From an uncultured virus (IMG/VR IMGVR_UViG_3300002835_000040) (taxonomy: Duplodnaviria; Heunggongvirae; Uroviricota; Caudoviricetes): a stretch of 64,000 nt of DNA. A model generated the notes under the pieces. The model was not told the origin of the DNA, ran no database searches, and saw only the letters and a list, made by a program, of their open reading frames with translations. This document shows positions 10,241 to 19,017 of the stretch, in pieces. Positions within the stretch are counted from its first letter, which is position 1. Each line of letters begins with the position of its first letter. A program made the translations under genes and the position numbers. Location of the stretch: IMG/VR virus record IMGVR_UViG_3300002835_000040. One strand, 5' to 3'.

Positions 10241-11108
10241 ATTTAATATCCTCTAACGCCTTGTAAAAACTTTTATTTATTGTAAAATAATCCTCAGGTA
10301 GACCTGGAGGCCCATTTGTTTCATGCCACCATGTTTCAAAATAGAACATTTTAAACATATCAATATAATTTTGATACATTAATGATAAAATCTGTTCTTC
10401 AAACCATAGCCCTTTGGTGTCCTCAACTATTTCTTTAAGGTTCTGTTCAAACACCTCAACTAATTTTATAAAATTATTTTTTTCACCCCCAAAAATACCC
10501 CCAATAATATGTAATGAATTATCATATATTTTATAAAACTTCGGTGGGACAGTACCACTCCAATAATTCCTAACATTATCTTTTCCAATAATTAATATTT
10601 TATCATCACTTTTATTTATTAATTTATTTAAAAAATCATTATCAAAAAAATGACTGTTGTAGTACCCTTGGTATTCGTCATTATGTTCCAAATATTTGTC
10701 GGGTAGTAATCCACAATGTGATAATCCAGCATCTATCCAATAATAATAATCATATGACATATCCTCATTTAAGAACCAAAAAAACTTGTTATACTGTATT
10801 TCAAAACATCTATCACCAGTTTTAACTGACTCAACATTTTTAAAATTTTTAATTAAATTAAAATGATTACTATCCTCTAAATTAAATCCAACAATCTGTA
10901 ATTGATTTTCAGAAATATTATTTTCAGAATAAAAAAAATGTTTTAGTTGTTCAATTTCTTCATTACTTGTATAACAAACAAAATTAGCGTTTGTCATTCT
11001 TAACAATGATATTAGACTCCAACGATAGTGATTATCTCTATTTTGTCTTCCACCATAATCAGTTCCATTTAAATTAGAGTATATTGCGGTTATAAATTTA
11101 ACTTTCAT
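10233..11108 (-). CDS. HtrL/YibB(WlaTC)-like glycosyltransferase
   Basis: YYYWIDAGLSH, IIGGIFGG, FEEQILSLM. Paralogous to the N-half of 8570..10240. Confidence 0.7.
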   Translation of the reverse strand: MKVKFITAIYSNLNGTDYGGRQNRDNHYRWSLISLLRMTNANFVCYTSNEEIEQLKHFFYSENNISENQLQIVGFNLEDSNHFNLIKNFKNVESVKTGDRCFEIQYNKFFWFLNEDMSYDYYYWIDAGLSHCGLLPDKYLEHNDEYQGYYNSHFFDNDFLNKLINKSDDKILIIGKDNVRNYWSGTVPPKFYKIYDNSLHIIGGIFGGEKNNFIKLVEVFEQNLKEIVEDTKGLWFEEQILSLMYQNYIDMFKMFYFETWWHETNGPPGLPEDYFTINKSFYKALEDIKYE

Positions 11109-11817
11109 ATTTTAATATTTGATTGTTATTATAATCCATATATTCTGATGGTATTTTTACAGGTGAGTATCCATTCCAATTATATGTTTGAGTATAAAAA
11201 TTGTTATAAACATCGTGTGACACATCTGAATAAGAACTTCGTTGAGGAGCGATTGGTAAATTTGGACAATAACTTTGGAAATTAGGGTATATTACTTTAG
11301 CAAGGAACCCATCTATCGGATAAAAATAATTTCCGTCATGGAACTTTTCCTCCGAAATTTTAAACATCTCATCATATATTTTTTCATCGTATATTAGAAT
11401 GTTTGTCGCAAAAGTTTCGGTTAAATAATCATGTTTTTTTTCAGGTAACTTTGTTAAGTCCAATAATAAATCACAATCATCACTAATGTTAACATGTCTA
11501 TTTAATGTTGGTGATAGATTTAATACATAATAATTTAAATCGTTCATTTTTAATTCAATCTCTTCCAATAGTTTTTTTGAATACGGCATAAAGACACAAT
11601 CATCTTCAATAACCATAACTTTATGGTAACCTCTTTCTTTAGCAATTTTGATGATTTCTAAATGAGATAAAGTACATCCCATATATCCATTCATATCAAT
11701 AGCTTTAAAAATTTCAAAGTCCCAAGACATGTATTTCATTTCTTGGGTTATTTCATTTAGTCTCTCAGGTCGTTTTTCTAAATTGATTACAAATTTTGGT
11801 ATGTCTATAAATCTCAT
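11098..11817 (-). CDS. Glycosyltransferase family 25-like
   Basis: FVINLEKRPERL, GCTLSHL, VMVIEDD are the GT25 (Lic2A/LgtB-type) motifs. Confidence 0.85.
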   Translation of the reverse strand: MRFIDIPKFVINLEKRPERLNEITQEMKYMSWDFEIFKAIDMNGYMGCTLSHLEIIKIAKERGYHKVMVIEDDCVFMPYSKKLLEEIELKMNDLNYYVLNLSPTLNRHVNISDDCDLLLDLTKLPEKKHDYLTETFATNILIYDEKIYDEMFKISEEKFHDGNYFYPIDGFLAKVIYPNFQSYCPNLPIAPQRSSYSDVSHDVYNNFYTQTYNWNGYSPVKIPSEYMDYNNNQILKYES

Positions 11818-13058
11818 AAGTTTCCTGTTATTCTATCACACCACCCTTTAGATTCCGAGTGAGGCCAAACCACCCAATATTTAGGTTTTGAATCAGTTAA
11901 GAACTCTCTCCAAACTTTACAATAACCATCAGGGTCTCTTAACATTCTATCAACTTCACCTTTATCAGCATCTTGTCTGTAAATGGTTTCATCTAATTCA
12001 TTATGGAAAGCAACTACCCAAAAGTCATAATCCTTTTCAGGTACTTGAGTAAACCCAATATCAATACAATGTTTGAATACCGATGTGAATGATTTTAACC
12101 ATTCCTCTTCTGAATTGAAGTTGTTTGGATTTGGTGGATAACCTTTATCTAATGTATATTGTTGAACAGCTCTCTTTGAAAATAGAAGTCCTGAATATTT
12201 TTCATAGTCTCTTAAAGTTCTAACTTTACCAAAACCATACTTTCCGTGTTTCATATCTTCCTCACCATCCATACCAAATAGAGAACGATTTTTCTTATGA
12301 GCGAAATTATTCTTATCCACCCATTCTTTATCGTCATCCCATTGTTTGGTTCTACCCTTACGAGTATATTCATGCCAAATCAAAACTTTATGTGGGTGGA
12401 ATAAATCATATCCATGAGTGTAAGCTCTTGCGGCAATTGAAATCTCTTCACCATGAAAATAAAACTCAGGGTCATGTTGAACTTCTTTAGCAAACTTACC
12501 AAGAGTAAAACAGAAGTGAGCAGAGTAAAATCTTGCGGTAACAGGTTCAGTTAAATTTTGCCAACCCGGTATTGTCTCAGGTAAAAAGAAAACCGCACCT
12601 TCAGGAATAAATCTATCAAACGCCATTCTCCACGGTTCGTTAACACGTAAGTTTGGGTCATTGTCAGGGTCAAACGATGAAACATAACCTGTCAATAAAG
12701 GTTTCTTATATCCTTTTTTTTGAAGTTGTTTAATCATCTTAATCATCTCATCATCCCAATTTTGACCGAACCTCATGTGTGAGTCAATTTGGAGGGTGTA
12801 ATTTTCTTTATCATACACTTGTTGTATTTGATTTCTTGCCCAACATGCTCCTCTAGATTCATAATAAGGAATATCAATTATTCTAAATCTTTCATCATCT
12901 CTATATTCATCTAAATTATCAAAATTATCATCGCGATGATACTGACGAGCGATACCGAAAACTAAGTTTTCAGGTCGTTTAGCATTTTCTAATGCTGACT
13001 TTATAGTCGGGATTAACTGTGGGTCTCTATAAGACGCAACTTGTATAAAAATTTTCAT
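11814..13058 (-). CDS. GT60-like polypeptide N-acetylglucosaminyltransferase (Gnt1/'GlcNAc' family) with extra C-terminal domain
   Basis: IFIQVASYRDPQL, RGACWAR, LQIDSHMRF (DSH motif), FHGEE, ARAYTHGYDLFHP, WHEY match Dictyostelium Gnt1 / trypanosome OGNT-type enzymes. Confidence 0.85.
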   Translation of the reverse strand: MKIFIQVASYRDPQLIPTIKSALENAKRPENLVFGIARQYHRDDNFDNLDEYRDDERFRIIDIPYYESRGACWARNQIQQVYDKENYTLQIDSHMRFGQNWDDEMIKMIKQLQKKGYKKPLLTGYVSSFDPDNDPNLRVNEPWRMAFDRFIPEGAVFFLPETIPGWQNLTEPVTARFYSAHFCFTLGKFAKEVQHDPEFYFHGEEISIAARAYTHGYDLFHPHKVLIWHEYTRKGRTKQWDDDKEWVDKNNFAHKKNRSLFGMDGEEDMKHGKYGFGKVRTLRDYEKYSGLLFSKRAVQQYTLDKGYPPNPNNFNSEEEWLKSFTSVFKHCIDIGFTQVPEKDYDFWVVAFHNELDETIYRQDADKGEVDRMLRDPDGYCKVWREFLTDSKPKYWVVWPHSESKGWCDRITGNL

Positions 13059-13127
13059 GTAAAGTTTTACACAAAAAGTATTAATTTTAAATAAAAATTA
13101 AAGAAATAAATGAATAAGTTTTAGTTT

Positions 13128-13991
13128 TTAAAATCCGCTTGTTACCAAATTATAAAAAATTAAACCTGTTACGGTGGTTGTTTTTGCAATTGTTGGAGTT
13201 GAGTAACTAAAAGTCATCACGTCACCGCCACTTAGTTCTCCAAATTGTATTCGTAACGGATAATATGTACCAGCAGTTAATGCTATAGAACCTGAACGTT
13301 CTTGTGTTCCATGTAATCCACCGTTATTAACTGTCGAGTTTGTTGTTGTAAATCCTGAAATACTATTACTACCAACCCAAACATAGGAAGCATCATCAGA
13401 TGAAGTAAAGAATGTGTAAGTTTCTGTAGTAGTTGGTTTGAAATAACCTAACCATTGACAACTGAAATTCTCACCGTCACTGGTTGGTGGTTCTGTTATC
13501 TCGGTGGTCTGTACTGAAGTCGCAGGATTTCCACCTACTGATGCGGGAGTTGCGGTTGCAAAGAAATTAACATTATCATTAAAGTACCCACTATAAGTTG
13601 TTTTAAATACTCCAGCAGTATAACTTAAATCCCAAGATGTCCAATATCCCGCCGAGTTTAACCATGTCTTAGCCGCTGAAGCACTTGCAAATGTTTGTGG
13701 TGTTCCGGTAAAACTTGATACATACTGAGACAAACTAATAAAGTTATTATCTGTCTTACTTGGTGTTCTCCAAAAACCAATATTAGCAGGTACTCCAAGT
13801 TTATTTGGTTGTGTTCCTGATGGTACGGTATGAGCAATCACATAACCTAAATCTTCATCAGGACCACTCCACCATCTTAGTCCTGTAGATGTAAATCCAC
13901 TTGTTGGGTATCCAATAGCAATACTTCCAACTTGTTCTGTTCCAGTAATTGTTGAACCTGTATTATATGCAAAAGGTCTTGATGTTGCCAT
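13128..13991 (-). CDS. PA14/GLEYA carbohydrate-binding domain protein (putative receptor-binding/decoration protein)
   Basis: ENFSCQWLGYFKP..TYTFFTSSDDASYVWVG..NNGGLHG..LTAGTYYPLRIQFGE..GG, with the adjacent Asp-Asp typical of PA14 lectins. Confidence 0.8.
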   Translation of the reverse strand: MATSRPFAYNTGSTITGTEQVGSIAIGYPTSGFTSTGLRWWSGPDEDLGYVIAHTVPSGTQPNKLGVPANIGFWRTPSKTDNNFISLSQYVSSFTGTPQTFASASAAKTWLNSAGYWTSWDLSYTAGVFKTTYSGYFNDNVNFFATATPASVGGNPATSVQTTEITEPPTSDGENFSCQWLGYFKPTTTETYTFFTSSDDASYVWVGSNSISGFTTTNSTVNNGGLHGTQERSGSIALTAGTYYPLRIQFGELSGGDVMTFSYSTPTIAKTTTVTGLIFYNLVTSGF

Positions 13992-13992
13992 T

Positions 13993-14133
13993 TTATATTT
14001 CTATTATAGTATAGATTGTTGCGTCACCATTTATTAAAATCCATTCAAAACACTGCTCTTCAGTGAAGTCAATAGTTTCTTCCACCAATTCAGATGGTGT
14101 TACTCTCAAATCATATACACAATATTTTTTCAT
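13993..14133 (-). CDS. Small 46-aa acidic protein (not in ORF track)
   Basis: ATG at 14133 to TAA at 13993: MKKYCVYDLRVTPSELVEETIDFTEEQCFEWILINGDATIYTIIEI. It exactly fills the gap between neighbours (5 nt and 1 nt spacers). Confidence 0.7.
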   Translation of the reverse strand: MKKYCVYDLRVTPSELVEETIDFTEEQCFEWILINGDATIYTIIEI

Positions 14134-14138
14134 AATAA

Positions 14139-15743
14139 TTAACTAAATGTCACAGTTATTGTTTGTGTAGGTTGTCCACATGAACTACCGTTTAATCCAC
14201 CCCAATTTGAATTTTTAATCATAGGTCTCACTGTGTATGTTCCTGGACATTGACACAACCCTCCCGATGTTAAATAAATTGAATTAGCATCAACAGTTCC
14301 TGAAACACAACCGTGTGCAACTCTCCAAGTATTAGCTCCAATTGTTACTGTAAAGTTTGTACCTGTAGTAGCTGTTCTCAAAGCATTTGCAATATCTTGA
14401 ACTTTAACATCTGTCACTATTACTGAAGTTCCGAGGTTATTTGATATTGACATATTAGTATAAGTACCCGTTAATTGACTCCTGAAAGTTGTCCAAGCGT
14501 TTTCTATTGTGGTTCCTGGTGCGGCATTATTTGTAAATGTTTCAGAGAATGTAACACCTGTAGCAGGTATTGGACTAACACTTGGTGTTGGGGTATTAGT
14601 AGGAGTTATTGTCGGTGTGATTGTATTAGTCGGTGTTTGTGTTGGTGTTAATGTATTAGTAGGTGTAATTGTTGGAGTTATTGAAGGTGTTGGGGTGTTG
14701 GTTTGAGTATTAGTTGGAGTAATACTTGGTGTTACAGTTGGTGTAACTGTTGTTGTCGGAGTAGGTGATGGTGAAATAAATCTTGACGAAAATGAATTGT
14801 AATTTTTTAATACTTCAGTAGAACTTAATACTCTATTGTAAGTCATAGCAACTGAAACTCTACCATTTAATAAATTATTACCAGCGCCAAACGCTCCTAT
14901 CCTTGTTGAACCATTACCCCCAATAGGTGTCTTTTGAGCTGTGTATGTATTATCCTGAACACCATTAACATATAATACAAATCCATTTGTGGTATCAAAA
15001 GTTACACACGCATTATACCACACCCCATTACTAAAGTTAGTGACCGATGGGAAAACTGTATAAACACCCCAATTTGAGTGGCCACAATATAATTTATTGG
15101 TGCTAGCAAAGAACATAAAGTGTCCACCAGTATCACTACTTAATAAATTATTATCTGAAGTACTATTTAAATAAAACCAAATATTCTTTGTATACGATGA
15201 TAGTCCAAGAGGTGTTCCTCCAACGTTGACGTATTGAGTGTTACCATTAAATGTAAGGTATCCGTTGTTACTTGAATTGAATGTTGGAGTATTAATTAGT
15301 GTTCCGTTGTTACCACTAAAACTTAAATCATCCCATCGTGAACCACTTCTTGGGTATGATGAAACATAACCAGCATCAAGCAATAATGTTAATCCGTCAG
15401 TAACAATATCAGGATAATCAAGGTTAACACAAATAAGTCCTGTTTGTCCTGTGTACCATCCTAAGGCTTCGTTAGCCGTACTAAATGTTTGTCCCGCAAA
15501 TCCTTGTGTAAAACCAATAAGTTCTGAGTCGTTTTGAGCAACCACTATGGATGGTCCAGCAACTGCCTTGTTTCCATACATGGTATAACCACCTGATGGT
15601 GGTATAATAGAATTCCAAAATCCTGTAACACTTGTTGGCCCGTATTCCGCACCTTCATTAATACCCAAAACCCAATCCTTAACTTTAATCGTATTAGGAT
15701 GAAAGGACGTTGAGTATTTTATTTTATTTGGTGGTATTGGCAT
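14139..15743 (-). CDS. LamG/concanavalin-A-like domain protein with Thr-Pro linker (putative adhesin)
   Basis: Likely start MPIPPNK at 15743 (TAATG overlap with the upstream stop; track start 15773). IVTDGLTLLLDAG..WDDLS..NNGTL..WYNACVTFD..LYVNGV..YNRVLS is the phage LamG-like signature. ~70-aa TPT linker and a Cys-containing C-terminal domain. Confidence 0.8.
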   Translation of the reverse strand: MPIPPNKIKYSTSFHPNTIKVKDWVLGINEGAEYGPTSVTGFWNSIIPPSGGYTMYGNKAVAGPSIVVAQNDSELIGFTQGFAGQTFSTANEALGWYTGQTGLICVNLDYPDIVTDGLTLLLDAGYVSSYPRSGSRWDDLSFSGNNGTLINTPTFNSSNNGYLTFNGNTQYVNVGGTPLGLSSYTKNIWFYLNSTSDNNLLSSDTGGHFMFFASTNKLYCGHSNWGVYTVFPSVTNFSNGVWYNACVTFDTTNGFVLYVNGVQDNTYTAQKTPIGGNGSTRIGAFGAGNNLLNGRVSVAMTYNRVLSSTEVLKNYNSFSSRFISPSPTPTTTVTPTVTPSITPTNTQTNTPTPSITPTITPTNTLTPTQTPTNTITPTITPTNTPTPSVSPIPATGVTFSETFTNNAAPGTTIENAWTTFRSQLTGTYTNMSISNNLGTSVIVTDVKVQDIANALRTATTGTNFTVTIGANTWRVAHGCVSGTVDANSIYLTSGGLCQCPGTYTVRPMIKNSNWGGLNGSSCGQPTQTITVTFS

Positions 15744-17977
15744 TATCTTGCAACTTCTGTTATTCTCAACCACATTGAAGTAGATGAATTTACTATTGTG
15801 ATACTATCATCCGCAGAACTTCTACGACATGCAACTACTATCGATTTTGCGGTTGTATTAGAGTTAGTGTATCTACCCGTTAATGGAAATAAAACACCTG
15901 TACGAAATCCATTAACCGTGCTTTGTACTGAATAGGTTATTTCACCACCATCAACCTTTATTCTAGATATGTATGAATCATTACCTGTACCAGAAGTAAA
16001 ATCAAAAGATGCTAAGTGATAATGTATTACTAAATAACTTGTAGAACTTAATGGTGTATAACTATAAGTAACAAAATCAGTATCCGAAGTACTGGTAGCA
16101 ATAGTTGTAGTACTAACAGTTACCTCAGTATTACTCAAAATAATATCGTTAATTACCTGACCGGCTCTCCACGCATTAGCCTTTATAAATCCTGTAAATA
16201 CCACATTACCTGTGGTATCTATAGCCATTTTTACCGCACCTCCTGCTTCATTTAAATTATTTGTGATACGAACTAACTGTCCACTTAGAACATCAAATGA
16301 CCCATTAAAACTATCAATACCAAAGTTTGAATTATTAGCATAATAAAACAAAACACCCGGAGTATCTGTACTATTATTATCAAGAAGAACATCACCAGTA
16401 GCTGACCCCGCCTTTGTAAATGTTCCGTTACCAAAAGATGTTACACCTGTAGTACTTATATTACCATTAACACTTGTATTACCTGTAACTGATAATGTAG
16501 TACCATCAAAAGTCATTCTAGCCTGAGCAACCGCAGCATTAGATGTCCCATCAGATGTTAATACTCTATTACTACCCGGACTTGTGATTGTGGTAAATCC
16601 TGTACCTGATGTTCCGGCAGAACCGGAACTACCCGATGAACCTGATGTACCAGAACTACCTGAAGTTCCTGAAGAACCACTTGAACCTGATGTTCCGCTA
16701 GTTCCTGAAGAGCCACTTGAACCTGATGTTCCGCTAGTTCCTGAAGAGCCAGTACTTCCACTTGACCCTGAAGAACCACTACTACCACTTGAACCATATG
16801 TACCAGAACTACCTGAAGTTCCACTACTACCACTTGTTCCTGACGAACCTGTAGAACCCGAACTCCCCGAACTTCCTGATGACCCAGACGTTCCTGATGA
16901 ACCAAAAGATAAACCCGAACTTCCTGATGACCCCGCACTTCCCGAAGCACCTGTAGAACCACTACCACCACCTCCACCACCAACAGGCATAACGGTAACA
17001 ATCAAAGAAGGAATTGCTGGATGTAAAGCAGTTGATGCCTCTGCCAATAATGAAATATTGACATTGTTAGTCGCCCACATTAATTCAACATATGTTCCGG
17101 CAGTTACAGTAATTAAAAAATCCCAAGCAGCAACTAAATATGGGTTGTTTGTAGGAACTGAAACTTTTGTATTGGTATTAGGAACATTAACACCATTTTG
17201 TCTTAACCAAATATCAACATCCACACCCGCACCACCACCTTTATTATTGTTTAATTGAACCGAGAATTGAATATCATAAGTTCCAGCACTAGCAAAAGTG
17301 ATTTGTGAACCTGAAACAATCGTAATACCACTAGCCTCAGCAGTACTATTCAATCTCATAGGATATGCGGTATTGATTAGTGTCGCCGTTTGTCCTGATG
17401 TATCATAGAACGAACCATATAAATTAACACCTGAAGTTAAAGCTCCCGTTGAAAACTTTCTCCATGCCGCAGTACTATATGTTGCACCACTAACATCTTC
17501 AATAGTGTTAGCAGTCCAAGAATTAATAAACGACTGACCCGCAGCAGTTTTATTATTTATTGTTGTTCCAAAATCAGAAACCTGAGCACATCCCGTACTA
17601 GCAGTCGCAGCATTAAATAAAGTCTCGTAATCATTAATATGATATTGATAAACTTGGTCAACCTCATAAACATAAGCCAACATACCAAGTCGTCTTCTAC
17701 CTGATGAAATATTATCTGAAGCTAATGTAATTACATCAGGAGACCAAGCGGCACCCGTTCCCTTTGTAAACTCAATAGGAATAGTATTACCTGAATATTC
17801 AATACTTCCCGTTGTTCCTGTTGGTATTGTATAATAAAGGTCAGATAAACTGAAAACCTCCATATAACCACCCGTATTGTTAACACTGAAAGTAGTACCA
17901 TAAGTATTGTTTCTTGGGACACTTTGTGTTCCATTTAGTTGGATAGACGATATTGGATTTTTATATGGGAAACTCAT
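15743..17977 (-). CDS. Fibre protein: shared N-terminal domain + C1q/TNF-like domain + ~40 Gly-Ser/Thr-Ser triplets + C-terminal fibre domain
   Basis: The N-terminus (SDNISSGRRRLGM) is paralogous to the giant ORF. YGSFYDT..AGTYDIQFSVQ..IWLRQNG..YVELMW resembles C1q/BclA-CTD. GSS repeat at ~16600-16965. Confidence 0.75.
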   Translation of the reverse strand: MSFPYKNPISSIQLNGTQSVPRNNTYGTTFSVNNTGGYMEVFSLSDLYYTIPTGTTGSIEYSGNTIPIEFTKGTGAAWSPDVITLASDNISSGRRRLGMLAYVYEVDQVYQYHINDYETLFNAATASTGCAQVSDFGTTINNKTAAGQSFINSWTANTIEDVSGATYSTAAWRKFSTGALTSGVNLYGSFYDTSGQTATLINTAYPMRLNSTAEASGITIVSGSQITFASAGTYDIQFSVQLNNNKGGGAGVDVDIWLRQNGVNVPNTNTKVSVPTNNPYLVAAWDFLITVTAGTYVELMWATNNVNISLLAEASTALHPAIPSLIVTVMPVGGGGGGSGSTGASGSAGSSGSSGLSFGSSGTSGSSGSSGSSGSTGSSGTSGSSGTSGSSGTYGSSGSSGSSGSSGSTGSSGTSGTSGSSGSSGTSGTSGSSGSSGTSGSSGTSGSSGSSGSAGTSGTGFTTITSPGSNRVLTSDGTSNAAVAQARMTFDGTTLSVTGNTSVNGNISTTGVTSFGNGTFTKAGSATGDVLLDNNSTDTPGVLFYYANNSNFGIDSFNGSFDVLSGQLVRITNNLNEAGGAVKMAIDTTGNVVFTGFIKANAWRAGQVINDIILSNTEVTVSTTTIATSTSDTDFVTYSYTPLSSTSYLVIHYHLASFDFTSGTGNDSYISRIKVDGGEITYSVQSTVNGFRTGVLFPLTGRYTNSNTTAKSIVVACRRSSADDSITIVNSSTSMWLRITEVAR

Positions 17978-17986
17978 TTACTATAA

Positions 17987-18991
17987 TTATATATCAACCT
18001 TACTTCCTCTAAAATAAAGGTCGTAAGTATTATCCAATTCAAATGTATTTGATGGGTATGTTGTGTAAACTTTATATTCCGCCTTAACAATAGTTCCACC
18101 AGTATAATTAAATGTGTTTGAATATATTGTTGGTTCCATTTTCACACTTGTAAAAACATTTGGATTTACAATTCCTAAATCAATCTCAATTTGATATTTG
18201 TAATTAGTATATACCACAGGTATTATCCATGTGTACCACGCCTTAGAACCTACAGTATTTTCAGGTACTTTTGTTGTTAAAAAGTTGTAAGCAATTATTG
18301 GGTTACCATATGAATCCAAACCACTTGTTGTAATCGGTACTGTCTGTTTTATAATTGACGGGAATGAACCTGATGTCCATCCTGAATAATTAACATATCT
18401 ATTCATGTCTAAATCAAACGTAGATGCTGATGTACTTGGTTGAGAAGTATTTGTAAAACCATAAAAACTTGAACCGAGTGAACTCATATAAGAACCAATA
18501 CTTGATGACCCTGAATATGGTTCAATGAATAAGTAAGCATATAAAAAAGGTTCAGGTGTTTGAGTTGGTGTAGGTGTTGTCGTAACCGTAGGAGTTACTG
18601 TCTTAGTCGGAGTAATACTTGGTGTAACTGTATTTGTTGGTGTAATTGACGGAGTAATACTTGGTGTTGGAGTAAATGATGGAGTAACACTTAGTGTTGG
18701 AGTATTCGATGGTGTTAAAGATAATGTGGGAGTATTTGTCGGTGTAATACTTGGTGTTGGAGTTGGTGTTAAACACATGTAATTTTGTGTAAATACACAT
18801 CCCGTTGAATCAACAATCTTAATTAATAATTGAGGAGCTGTTGTATAACCACTTGGCACAGGAAAACTAACTGATGGTGGAATGTAATCCGTGAAAGTTC
18901 CTATAAATTGACAATTAAACTGGAAAATATCACAAACATATATTTGATACGGTGGAATACCTGAAACACTATCAATAGTAATTAAACTCAT
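17987..18991 (-). CDS. Virion adapter-like protein: SprB-like N-terminal unit + Thr-Pro linker + conserved C-terminal domain
   Basis: N-terminal SGIPPY...IVDSTGC, long [10 protein letters not shown] tract, and C-terminal YAYLFIEP...[13 protein letters not shown]...YTWIIP...LYFRG paralogous to 6962..8170. Confidence 0.65.
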   Translation of the reverse strand: MSLITIDSVSGIPPYQIYVCDIFQFNCQFIGTFTDYIPPSVSFPVPSGYTTAPQLLIKIVDSTGCVFTQNYMCLTPTPTPSITPTNTPTLSLTPSNTPTLSVTPSFTPTPSITPSITPTNTVTPSITPTKTVTPTVTTTPTPTQTPEPFLYAYLFIEPYSGSSSIGSYMSSLGSSFYGFTNTSQPSTSASTFDLDMNRYVNYSGWTSGSFPSIIKQTVPITTSGLDSYGNPIIAYNFLTTKVPENTVGSKAWYTWIIPVVYTNYKYQIEIDLGIVNPNVFTSVKMEPTIYSNTFNYTGGTIVKAEYKVYTTYPSNTFELDNTYDLYFRGSKVDI

Positions 18992-19017
18992 CTAAAATAA
19001 ATACTTCAAACAGAACT

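Noticed and set aside
13128..17977. Diversity-generating retroelement acting on the adhesins
   Set aside because: No reverse transcriptase gene and no near-identical TR/VR repeat pair were seen in this window.
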